NCBI RefSeq assembly: GCF_000195955.2
Contig: NC_000962.3
Span: forward strand, 2,250,001-2,282,000
Source: Mycobacterium tuberculosis H37Rv
GTDB taxonomy: Bacteria > Actinomycetota > Actinomycetes > Mycobacteriales > Mycobacteriaceae
DNA length: 32,000 nucleotides
Reading direction: 5' to 3'
Numbering within the stretch: the stretch's first letter is position 1; each line of letters opens with the position of its first letter. Under the pieces are notes generated by a model, which did not search any database, was not told where the DNA came from, and was given only the letters and a program-made list of their open reading frames with translations. Shown here piece after piece: positions 10,021 to 17,744 of this stretch. Position numbers and translations under genes: made by a program.

Positions 10021-10202
10021 TTAGCCGCTTTGGCCGCGCGCAAGTCCCCGGTGCGACCTTTCTGATGCGATCGACGATGTAGGTGGGATCTCGTGCTCTC
10101 CGCACCAGTCGTTGGGATCCTGGGCGATTCCGGACGCTTTGTCGGTGGTGACGCGGTCGATGATCCAGCCTAGCGCCGAACCCGAGCCGAGCAGGCAACG
10201 CC
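10021..10202 (-). pseudogene. Decayed copy of the 3' end, including the stop codon, of a Type ISP restriction-modification / COG4889 helicase gene.
   Basis: The minus-strand reading gives ALGWIIDRVTTDKASGIAQDPNDWC. The segment aligns by eye to 16421-16628, with identical 20-mer tcgacgatgtaggtgggatc and identical 25-mer gacgctttgtcggtggtgacgcggt. Relative to that copy it has a 6 nt and a ~20 nt deletion and a 1 nt frameshift. Confidence 0.6.
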
Positions 10203-10664
10203 CGGCCCCAAGTGGTGCGCACCGCCGCCGTGGATCTTGATGGGAGCACGCGAAGCTCACTGGTGCACCATCCTTGTGTCGGTGACCTTGGATGGATTGC
10301 CGATGCACCCAAGGCGCCGCTGGGTTATCGCCCTGCTCGCTCGACAGCCGTGATGTCCACGATGAGTTCTGCGGAGTCCGGCGGTAGCCCCGGACGCGCC
10401 GACCGTCGACAGGACTGAGCGCCGACGAGCGCCGAACAGTGAGCGGCCCAAACCACTACCCTGCCCGACGAGCCGCGGAACGGCGTCACGGGTGGAATCG
10501 ATTGGGCGCGAGATGATCACGCGGCGTCGATCGTCGATGCGCGTGGGCGCGAGGTTCGCCGCGCCACGATCGAGCACAACGCCGCCGGACTGCGCGAGCT
10601 GCTCGAGCTGCTGAGCCGGGCCGGTGCCCGCGAGGTCGCCATCGAACGCCCGGACGGCCCGGTC

Positions 10665-11144
10665 GTGGATACCCTGCTCGAGGCCGGGATCACGGTGGTG
10701 GTGATCAGCCCCAACCAGCTGAAGAATCTGCGCGGTCGTTACGGCTCGGCTGGCAACAAGGACGACCGGTTCGACGCGTTCGTGCTCGCCGACACGTTGC
10801 GCACCGACCGGTCCCGGCTGCGCCCCCTGCTGCCCGACACCCCGGCCACGGCCACCCTGCGCCGGACCTGCCGCCCCCGCAAAGACCTCGTCGCCCACCG
10901 GGTTGCGTTGGCCAATCAGCTGCGCGCGCACCTGCGCGTCGTCTTTCCGGGTGTGGTCGGGTTGTTCGCTGACCTTGACTCGCCGATCAGCCTCGCGTTT
11001 TTGACGTTTTTGCCCCGTTTCGACTGCCAGGACCGCGCGGACTGGCTGTCGGTCAAGCGCCTGGCCGGCTGGCTGGCCGCCGCTGGCTACTGCGGCCGTG
11101 CTCCACGACCGGCTCACCGGTGCCCCGCGCGGCGCCACCGGTGA
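10665..11144 (+). CDS. IS110-family transposase, N-terminal fragment (Rv2013-like, 159 aa).
   Basis: VVVISPNQLKNLRGRYGSAGNKDDRFDAFVLADTLRTD is typical of the DEDD transposase domain. It is truncated by a frameshift. Confidence 0.75.
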   Translation: MDTLLEAGITVVVISPNQLKNLRGRYGSAGNKDDRFDAFVLADTLRTDRSRLRPLLPDTPATATLRRTCRPRKDLVAHRVALANQLRAHLRVVFPGVVGLFADLDSPISLAFLTFLPRFDCQDRADWLSVKRLAGWLAAAGYCGRAPRPAHRCPARRHR

Positions 11145-11688
11145 CGAGGGTGCCGCCAACGCCCACATCACCCGGGCCATGGTCGCCGCGCTCACCAGCG
11201 TCGCGACCCAGATCAAGACGCTCGACGCGCAGATCGCCGAACAGCTCTCCTTGCACGCCGACGCGCATATCTTCACCTCCCTGCCCCGCTCCGGCACCGT
11301 CCGCGCCGCCCGGCTGCTCGCCGAGATCGGGGACTGCCGAGCCCGTTTCCCCACGCCCGAATCGTTGGCCTGCCTGGCTGGCGTCGCCCCCTCCACCCGT
11401 CAGTCCGGCAAAGTCAAACACGTCGGATTCCGTTGGGCCGCAGACAAACAACTCCGCGACGCCGTCTGCGACTTCGCCGGTGACAGCCGCCGAGCCAACC
11501 TCTGGGCCGCCGACCGCTACAACCGCGCCATCGCCCGAGGACACGACCACCCCCACGCCGTGCGCATCCTGGCCCGCGCCTGGCTCTACGCCATCTGGCA
11601 CTGCTGGCAAGACGGCGCCGCCTACCACCCTGCCAACCATCGCGCCCTCCAGGCACTGCTCAACCAAGATCAAGACCGGGCGGCTTGA
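11098..11688 (+). CDS. IS110-family transposase, C-terminal fragment (Rv2014-like, 196 aa).
   Basis: LPRSGTVRAARLLAEIGDCRARFPTPESLACLAGVAPSTRQSGKVKHVGFRWAADKQLR matches the Transposase_20 domain pattern. Confidence 0.75.
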   Translation: MLHDRLTGAPRGATGDEGAANAHITRAMVAALTSVATQIKTLDAQIAEQLSLHADAHIFTSLPRSGTVRAARLLAEIGDCRARFPTPESLACLAGVAPSTRQSGKVKHVGFRWAADKQLRDAVCDFAGDSRRANLWAADRYNRAIARGHDHPHAVRILARAWLYAIWHCWQDGAAYHPANHRALQALLNQDQDRAA

Positions 11689-11815
11689 CACAGGGCTACT
11701 CATCGGCCTAGCGGGTGGGCGCCACCAGCGGGTAGCACGAACGAAATCCTTGATGCCCCAAACCGTTTAAGCGTTACTGCAGGGTACAGGTACCGAGCGG
11801 GACCCGCTGCCGGGC

Positions 11816-13072
11816 CTAGTTGCTTATCGGTGGTGGTTGCGGCTGGAAGGGTTCATACCACCACCAGTCGGCGCGCTCGCCGGTGGGCCCAGGCCACGGC
11901 GCTACCGCCGGCGGCGGCTTCGTCGACGCCCGCGCCAACGATCCCGCGCTCAAAGGTCGGCCCGCGCTGTCGGCGACGGTGAGGTTGTCTGCCGGTCCGG
12001 TAATGGTGATCAGGCCCCGATGGTGTGCCCGGTGGTGATACGGGCACACCAGCACCAGGTTGGCCAGCTCGGTGGCCCCACCGTCCTGCCAATGTCGGAT
12101 GTGGTGGGCGTGCAAACCCCGGGTGGCCCCACAACCGGGAACCACACACGTGCGGTCGCGATGCTCAAGCGCACGACGCAACCGACGATTGATCTGACGA
12201 GTCGTTCGACCGCAGCCAATGACCTGCCCGTCACGTTCAAACCAGGCCTCAAAGGTGGCATCACAGAGCAGATATCGGCGTTCGGACTCGCTGAGCAGCG
12301 GACCCAGGTGCAGGCCAGCGGCACGCTCCTGCACGTCTAGATGCATCACCACGGTGGTGTGCTGCCCATGTGGCCGACGAGCCACCTCGGCGTCCCAGCC
12401 GGCCTCAACCAGACGCAGAAACGCCTCAACATTGCCCGGCAACGGGGGCCGCTGATCCGACACACCGTCGCTGTTGTCGTGATCACGCTTGTACTCGGCG
12501 ATCAACGCATCCAGATGAGACTGCAACGCCGCATCGAACTTCGCCGCCTCCACGTGCGGAAGCTTGATTCGCCAACAACTGAACTGCTCATCGGCGCTCC
12601 TGGTGATCGAGGGCCGCGGTTCCGGCCGAAAATCCGGTTCGGGTTCGGGTCGCGGTTCCAACTTGAGCGCGGTCCGCAGCTGATTCACCGTGGCAACGCC
12701 GGCCAACTGCGCATAATGCGCATCCGAACCCTCACCCGCCCGCCCCGCGATCACCCCAACCTGATCCAACGACAACCGCCCCTCCCGCATACCCCGGGCG
12801 CAGCGCGGAAACTCCGGCAACCGCCGCGCCACCGTGGCGATCGTGTGGGCGTTGCCTGACGAGCAGCCCATCTTCCAGGCCACCAACCCCGCCACCGACC
12901 GCGCCCCCGTCACACCCCACAACCCGTCGCGATCCAGCTCAGCCACGATCTCCACAATGCGCCCATCAATCGCATTGCGCTGACCGGCCAACTCCGCCAA
13001 CTCCTCAAACAACACCTCCACACGCTCGGCAGGACTGACTACCGCTGCGCCAGACGTCGCGGTCGAGGACAT
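11816..13072 (-). CDS. REP13E12-family DUF222 + HNH endonuclease protein (Rv2015c-like, 418 aa).
   Basis: The C-terminal HNH motif is CVVPGCGATRGLHAHHIRHWQDGGATELANLVLVCPYHHRAHH. The N-terminal region (AELAGQRNAIDGRIVEIVAELDRDGLW) is typical of the 13E12 repeat proteins. ATG 13072 gives MSSTATSG; the track ORF extends 13 codons further upstream. Confidence 0.88.
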   Translation of the reverse strand: MSSTATSGAAVVSPAERVEVLFEELAELAGQRNAIDGRIVEIVAELDRDGLWGVTGARSVAGLVAWKMGCSSGNAHTIATVARRLPEFPRCARGMREGRLSLDQVGVIAGRAGEGSDAHYAQLAGVATVNQLRTALKLEPRPEPEPDFRPEPRPSITRSADEQFSCWRIKLPHVEAAKFDAALQSHLDALIAEYKRDHDNSDGVSDQRPPLPGNVEAFLRLVEAGWDAEVARRPHGQHTTVVMHLDVQERAAGLHLGPLLSESERRYLLCDATFEAWFERDGQVIGCGRTTRQINRRLRRALEHRDRTCVVPGCGATRGLHAHHIRHWQDGGATELANLVLVCPYHHRAHHRGLITITGPADNLTVADSAGRPLSAGSLARASTKPPPAVAPWPGPTGERADWWWYEPFQPQPPPISN

Positions 13073-13369
13073 GAGTTCATCATCGCAGCAGGGTCTGACA
13101 ACTCCGGCCAACCCGAATCCACGCCCGGGGCCGTGCCGTCATCACCCCGCAAAGAGATGCTCGGCTCCGGCTCCGCCCCCGCCGGGGCCAAGGGCACACG
13201 AGACAACGAAATCAGCGAACCCACCATGGAAACGCTCAACGGCGTGGGCCGCGAAGCCGGCGAAATGCTGGGAGCAGCTGGTGGACATCGCATAGATAGG
13301 CCCCAGACCCAGCCAGCACGGCTCCAACCGTCGACGCGCCTAGCTGCAAAATCGCATGCTTGTCAGCGG

Positions 13370-13391
13370 ATACCGGTATATTTTCCGGTAT
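13370..13391. promoter_or_regulatory. Palindrome plus an extra half-site upstream of the Rv2016-like gene; a candidate operator for the XRE-ImmA regulator.
   Basis: ataccggtat (13370-13379) is a perfect 10 bp palindrome, followed by a repeat of ccggtat at 13385-13391. The element sits in a locally AT-richer stretch 35-55 nt upstream of ATG 13426. Confidence 0.35.
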
Positions 13392-13425
13392 GTTTTCAGA
13401 GCCTTATCCGACCGATGGCGAAGTC

Positions 13426-14001
13426 ATGACGGAACTCGGCGACAAGTTCCTTGCTGCTCTTGTTGGCACCATCAGGGATACGCGCTTCGACATCGCCGAC
13501 ATGCGGAACTGGCGGCCGGGATGGTTTCCGACCATGCATAGCCGGTGTCTGTCCAACCTCATCCACGACAGAATCTGGGCACACCTGGTCACCCTCATCG
13601 CGAGCAATCCAGGCACCAGCATCAAGGACAAGGGTGCCACCCGCGAGATTGTGGTTGGCGCACACCTGCGGTTGCGAATCAAACGCCACCACGCAGGTGA
13701 CGAGATCAGCACCTACCCGACCCGAACCGCCATCGAATTCTGGCAACAGGGCAGCCAGCCCGCCTTCCCGGGGCTGGAAGAGGTTCGCATTGCGGTGGGC
13801 TATCGGTGGGACCCTGATACCCGCGAGATCGGAGCCCCCCTGCTGTCGCTTCGCGACGGGAAAGATCACGTCATCTGGGTAGTCGAACTCGACGAGCCTG
13901 CGGCCGGCGTGAAGATCACCTGGACCCCGATCGAGCCGACACTACCGTCCATCGACTTCGGTGACTTGGGTGAAGACTCTGGAGCATCGGGGGAACGATG
14001 A
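13426..14001 (+). CDS. Hypothetical protein of unknown function (Rv2016-like, 191 aa), first gene of a coupled two-gene operon.
   Basis: The open frame is 13360-14001. ATG 13426 lies downstream of the AT-rich palindromic region. The stop overlaps the next start as ATGA (13998-14001). I recognise no domain. Confidence 0.75.
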   Translation: MTELGDKFLAALVGTIRDTRFDIADMRNWRPGWFPTMHSRCLSNLIHDRIWAHLVTLIASNPGTSIKDKGATREIVVGAHLRLRIKRHHAGDEISTYPTRTAIEFWQQGSQPAFPGLEEVRIAVGYRWDPDTREIGAPLLSLRDGKDHVIWVVELDEPAAGVKITWTPIEPTLPSIDFGDLGEDSGASGER

Positions 14002-15038
14002 ACGGCCTGGGAGACGTGCTCGCGGTCGCCCGGAAGGCTCGTGGACTCACCCAGATCGAATTGGCCGAGCTGGTGGGACTCACCCAGCCGGCGATCAACC
14101 GGTACGAATCAGGCGACCGTGACCCCGACCAACACATCGTGGCCAAGCTGGCCGAAATCCTCGGTGTGACCGACGATCTGCTCATACACGGGAACAGGTT
14201 TCGAGGTGCGCTCGCAGTCGATGCGCATATGCGCCGCCACAAGACCACGAAGGCGTCGGCCTGGCGTCAGCTGGAGGCCCGGTTGAACCTGTTGCGCGTG
14301 CACGCGTCATTCCTCTTCGAGGAAGTGGCTATCAATAGCGAGCAACATGTGCCCGCGTTCGACCCGGAGTTCACCGCCGCCGAGGACGCCGCCCGGTTAG
14401 TCCGTGCCCAGTGGCGCATGCCGATGGGCCCGGTCGTCAACCTGACCCGGTGGATGGAGGCCGCGGGCTGCCTGGTGTTCGAAGAGGACTTCGCCACCCA
14501 GCGCATCGACGGGTTGTCGCAGTGGGTCGACGACTACCCCGTCATGCTGATCAACGCCAACGCAGCACCCGACCGAAAACGCTTGACCCTTGCCCACGAA
14601 CTCGGCCACCTCGTGCTGCATTCCACCAACCCCACGGAGAACATGGAGACCGAAGCCACCGCCTTCGCCGCCGAGTTTCTCATGCCCGAGAGCGAGATTC
14701 GGCCCGAGCTGCGTCGGCTCGATCTCGGCAAGTTGCTCGAACTGAAACGGGAATGGGGCGTCTCGATGCAAGCCCTCCTGGCGCGGGCATATCGCATGGG
14801 CCTGGTATCGGCCGAGGCTCGCACCAAGCTCTACAAGGCGATGAACGCGCGCGGCTGGAAAACCAAAGAGCCAGGCATCGAGTCCATCGTGCGAGAAAAA
14901 CCGAGCCTACCCGCCCACATCGGCATGACACTCCGAAGCCGCGGATTCACCGACCAGCAAGCCGCCGCCATCGCCGGATACGCCAATCCTGCGGACAATC
15001 CATTCCGCCCCGAAGGTGGCCGCCTCCATGCGATTTGA
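13998..15038 (+). CDS. Fusion of an XRE-family HTH with an ImmA/IrrE (COG2856) zinc metallopeptidase domain (Rv2017-like, 346 aa).
   Basis: The N-terminal HTH is RGLTQIELAELVGLTQPAINRYESGDRDP. The HEXXH motif appears in LTLAHELGHLVLH, followed by EATAFAAEFLMPE, typical of ImmA/IrrE. Confidence 0.9.
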   Translation: MNGLGDVLAVARKARGLTQIELAELVGLTQPAINRYESGDRDPDQHIVAKLAEILGVTDDLLIHGNRFRGALAVDAHMRRHKTTKASAWRQLEARLNLLRVHASFLFEEVAINSEQHVPAFDPEFTAAEDAARLVRAQWRMPMGPVVNLTRWMEAAGCLVFEEDFATQRIDGLSQWVDDYPVMLINANAAPDRKRLTLAHELGHLVLHSTNPTENMETEATAFAAEFLMPESEIRPELRRLDLGKLLELKREWGVSMQALLARAYRMGLVSAEARTKLYKAMNARGWKTKEPGIESIVREKPSLPAHIGMTLRSRGFTDQQAAAIAGYANPADNPFRPEGGRLHAI

Positions 15039-15279
15039 CTTCCGATTGACGCTGGGTTTTCATGCCGACGGCGCCAGGTGCGGTCACACAAGGCGGCCGG
15101 AACAGGCATCGATTCTTGGCGACGCCGTTGCTGTACCGATAGCGACTGCCCCGTATCGATCCCAGGGAACGTGACCATGGTCGTAGGGATGACTTGACAG
15201 TTTCAACGGGGTGCGACCACCGTTGCGCTCAGAAGGCATACGTTGGTGGAACACGTCGGAAAGCTGGGAGGTGAATCTG

Positions 15280-15999
15280 ATGGCTGGCGACCAAGAGCTG
15301 GAACTGCGGTTCGACGTTCCTCTTTACACGCTTGCCGAGGCATCGCGGTACCTGGTGGTTCCCCGCGCCACCCTGGCTACGTGGGCTGACGGCTACGAGC
15401 GTCGGCCGGCCAACGCACCGGCGGTCCAGGGGCAACCGATCATCACGGCTCTTCCCCACCCGACCGGCAGTCACGCTCGGCTCCCATTCGTCGGAATCGC
15501 CGAGGCGTATGTGTTGAACGCCTTCCGCCGAGCGGGCGTCCCTATGCAGCGGATCCGGCCATCCCTCGACTGGCTAATCAAGAATGTCGGGCCACACGCG
15601 CTTGCGTCCCAGGATTTGTGCACGGACGGTGCCGAGGTGCTCTGGCGGTTCGCTGAACGGTCCGGGGAGGGCAGTCCTGATGATCTGGTGGTCAGGGGGC
15701 TGATTGTCCCGCGATCCGGGCAGTACGTCTTCAAGGAGATCGTCGAGCACTACCTGCAACAAATCAGCTTTGCCGACGACAACCTGGCTTCGATGATTAG
15801 GTTGCCGCAGTACGGCGATGCCAACGTCGTCCTCGATCCACGCCGCGGCTATGGGCAACCGGTGTTCGACGGAAGCGGCGTCCGGGTAGCTGACGTGCTC
15901 GGCCCATTGCGCGCCGGCGCGACGTTCCAGGCTGTCGCCGACGACTACGGTGTGACCCCGGACCAGCTTCGAGACGCGCTCGACGCCATTGCAGCCTGA
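15280..15999 (+). CDS. Putative antitoxin with an N-terminal HTH-like region and a C-terminal DUF433 domain (Rv2018-like, 239 aa).
   Basis: ATG 15280 is preceded by gggagg (15266-15271). The C-terminal GYGQPVFDGSGVRVADVLGPLRAGATFQAVADDYGVTPDQLRDALD fits DUF433 (COG2442). The N-terminal YTLAEASRYLVVPRATLATW resembles a MerR/excisionase-type HTH. Confidence 0.82.
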   Translation: MAGDQELELRFDVPLYTLAEASRYLVVPRATLATWADGYERRPANAPAVQGQPIITALPHPTGSHARLPFVGIAEAYVLNAFRRAGVPMQRIRPSLDWLIKNVGPHALASQDLCTDGAEVLWRFAERSGEGSPDDLVVRGLIVPRSGQYVFKEIVEHYLQQISFADDNLASMIRLPQYGDANVVLDPRRGYGQPVFDGSGVRVADVLGPLRAGATFQAVADDYGVTPDQLRDALDAIAA

Positions 16000-16405
16000 T
16001 CGGAATCTCCTCGCCGACCTCGATCACATCTTTGTCGACCGGAGTTTGGGCGCTGTGCAAGTCCCGCAACTCCTTCGGGATGCCGGATTCCGGCTGACAA
16101 CGATGCGGGAGCACTACGGCGAGACGCAGGCTCAGAGTGTCAGCGACCACAAGTGGATCGCAATGACCGCCGAGTGCGGCTGGATTGGATTTCACAAGGA
16201 TGCCAATATCCGGCGCAACGCCGTCGAGCGACGGACGGTGCTCGACACGGGAGCCCGGCTATTCTGTGTGCCGCGGGCCGACATCCTGGCAGAGCAAGTC
16301 GCGGCACGGTATATTGCGTCCCTTGCGGCGATTGCCCGTGCCGCACGATTTCCGGGACCATTCATCTACACGGTTCACCCGAGCAAGATCGTTCGCGTGC
16401 TCTAG
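15989..16405 (+). CDS. DUF5615 / Mut7-C PIN-like putative toxin (COG4634 type, Rv2019-like, 138 aa).
   Basis: It has a TTG start overlapping the upstream stop by 11 nt. The opening LLADLDHIFVDRSLG and the size fit the PIN-like partner usually paired with DUF433. Confidence 0.78.
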   Translation: MQPDRNLLADLDHIFVDRSLGAVQVPQLLRDAGFRLTTMREHYGETQAQSVSDHKWIAMTAECGWIGFHKDANIRRNAVERRTVLDTGARLFCVPRADILAEQVAARYIASLAAIARAARFPGPFIYTVHPSKIVRVL

Positions 16406-16420
16406 TCGTTCATCGCTCCG

Positions 16421-16720
16421 TTAACCGCCGGCGAGGCCGTCGACGATCTTCATGGTCTCGACGCTGACGGTGGTCACCTTCTTGATGAGGTCGACGATGT
16501 AGGTGGGATCGTCGTGTTCGTCGCACCAGTCGTTGGGGTCGTTGACGATGCCCGACGCTTTGTCGGTGGTGACGCGGTAGCGCTCGATGATCCAGCCGAG
16601 CGCCGAGCGGGAGCGAGCAGGTAGCGCTCGGCCTCGTCGGGAATGCCGGCGATGGTGACGCGGGAGTAGAACGATCGCCAAGTGGTCGGTCTTGGCTGCC
16701 CACTTCATCCCCGGCGCCAC
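16421..16720 (-). pseudogene. C-terminal stub of a Type ISP restriction-modification / COG4889 gene (annotatable as the 99 aa Rv2020c-like ORF).
   Basis: The C-terminal part ALGWIIERYRVTTDKASGIVNDPNDWCDEHDDPTYIVDLIKKV matches my memory of the Type ISP C-terminal motif. Upstream homology (FYSRVTIAGIPDEAERYLL) lies in a different frame, indicating a frameshift near 16615-16630. No methyltransferase or TRD sequence lies upstream. Confidence 0.6.
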
Positions 16721-16804
16721 CGGCAGGTCTCGCGGTCATCTCGACCAACGGAGGGCCGTCGGTGGTTCGTATCCGGCCAAGAACGGCGAGAACGGTTTGT
16801 GCCT

Positions 16805-17110
16805 CTATGCCAGGGTGAATGTCTCATCTCCCAGGCGGACGGTGATATCCAGTTCTCCGCCAAGAGCGGACACGTATTTGCGCAGTGTGTTGACCTGTGC
16901 GGAGCCGATGTCGCCGTTCTCGATGCTGGATACCCGGCTCTGCCGGATGTGCGCCAGCGCAGCCACCTGGACCTGGGTGAGTGACTGAGCCGCGCGCAGC
17001 TCCCGGAGCCGGAATGCCCGCACTTCATCGCGCATTCGTGCCTTGTGCCGGTCCACCGCCTCCCGGTTAACGGGACGTACGGCGTCCATGTCCCGTAGTG
17101 TCATCGCCAT
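16805..17110 (-). CDS. higA2: XRE-family HTH antitoxin HigA (101 aa).
   Basis: The HTH is LTQVQVAALAHIRQSRVSSIENGD. It lies 8 nt downstream of a Gp49/HigB-like toxin gene, in the toxin-first order typical of hig modules. Confidence 0.85.
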   Translation of the reverse strand: MAMTLRDMDAVRPVNREAVDRHKARMRDEVRAFRLRELRAAQSLTQVQVAALAHIRQSRVSSIENGDIGSAQVNTLRKYVSALGGELDITVRLGDETFTLA

Positions 17111-17118
17111 CGTGCCAC

Positions 17119-17724
17119 TTACCCTTTCTTGCGCTTGCGCCTCTTTGGCTTCGTGTCCTCGAACTGTGCGAGATGTTCGGCAAACATCTCATCGGCCGCT
17201 TTGATCTTCTCGTCGTACCACTGGGTCCACCGCCCGGCCTTGTTACCGGCGGCCAGCATGATCGCCTGCCGCGCCGGGTCGAAGGCGAACAGAATGCGGA
17301 CCTCGGACCGCCCTTGTGATCCTGGACGCAGCTCCTTCATGTTCTTGTGGCGCGACCCACGCACCGTGTCCACCAGAGGACAGCCAAGTGCGGGGCCCTC
17401 TTCCTCGAGAACCTCGATAGCTGCGAACACCAATTCGTAGGTCTCTCGGTCCAAGCCGTTGAGCCAGGCGGAGATGCGCTCCACATCCGCCGTCCACCCC
17501 ACAGAGTCGCAGAGTAGCGCGATACGCGATATCACACAAGGGTGATATTCCTCCGGGTAAGAGCAGCGGGCGACGGGGCTACCGTCGAGGAAATGCCGGC
17601 AGGCGAGGACGGACTCTGCGCACCCGGGCCGTTGAAACAGTAGCCTGTGCCAGGCCGAGAATTCATCCCCACGTATGAGGCAGTACAGTGCGCCGCCGTG
17701 CGCGTTCTCCCATGGAACGTTCAC
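17119..17724 (-). CDS. higB2: HigB / phage Gp49-like (RelE superfamily) toxin with a ~77 aa N-terminal extension (201 aa).
   Basis: Residues ~80-190 (ETYELVFAAIEVLEEEGPALGCPLVDTVRGSRHKNMKELRPGSQGRSEVRILFAFDPARQAIMLAAGNKAG) fit the Gp49/DUF891 pattern. The N-terminal part is Cys/His-rich and unassigned. The C-terminal tail is KPKRRKRKKG. Confidence 0.82.
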   Translation of the reverse strand: MNVPWENAHGGALYCLIRGDEFSAWHRLLFQRPGCAESVLACRHFLDGSPVARCSYPEEYHPCVISRIALLCDSVGWTADVERISAWLNGLDRETYELVFAAIEVLEEEGPALGCPLVDTVRGSRHKNMKELRPGSQGRSEVRILFAFDPARQAIMLAAGNKAGRWTQWYDEKIKAADEMFAEHLAQFEDTKPKRRKRKKG

Positions 17725-17744
17725 GGGCTCCCGTGGATGACAGG

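Larger units (their letters stand above)
10443..11688 (+). mobile_element. Degenerate IS110-family insertion sequence with a start-less, frameshifted transposase.
   Basis: From the stop at 10440-10442, one frame reads ...GIDWARDDHAASIVDARGREVRRATIEHNAAGLRELLELL..., the DEDD N-terminal domain. The first ATG/GTG in that frame is at 10665. The C-terminal Transposase_20-type domain (AGVAPSTRQSGK...) lies in another frame after a 1 nt shift near 11095-11100. Confidence 0.8.

Noticed and set aside
9817-10065. An 82 aa plus-strand ORF between the DUF1398-like gene and the R-M 3' relic.
   Set aside because: It has no SD and no recognisable motif. Its 3' end overlaps the relic on the other strand, so it is likely non-coding spacer or decayed sequence.
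10257-11703. A 379 aa and a 216 aa minus-strand ORF, plus a 216 aa plus-strand ORF (11120-11770), over the IS110 element.
   Set aside because: They are alternative-frame or antisense readings of the transposase gene. Their composition is dominated by P/R/G/A, and the transposase frames carry clear family motifs.
13039-13429. Several 60-100 aa ORFs in the region between the REP13E12 gene and the Rv2016-like gene.
   Set aside because: They are short, mutually overlapping, compositionally biased ORFs in what is probably the non-coding part of the REP13E12 repeat and the promoter region. No independent support exists for any of them.
15194-15222. A TTGACA hexamer (15194-15199), considered as a -35 for the DUF433 gene.
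   Set aside because: The sequence at the expected -10 position (~15217-15222, ccaccg) does not resemble TANNNT, so no promoter call is justified.
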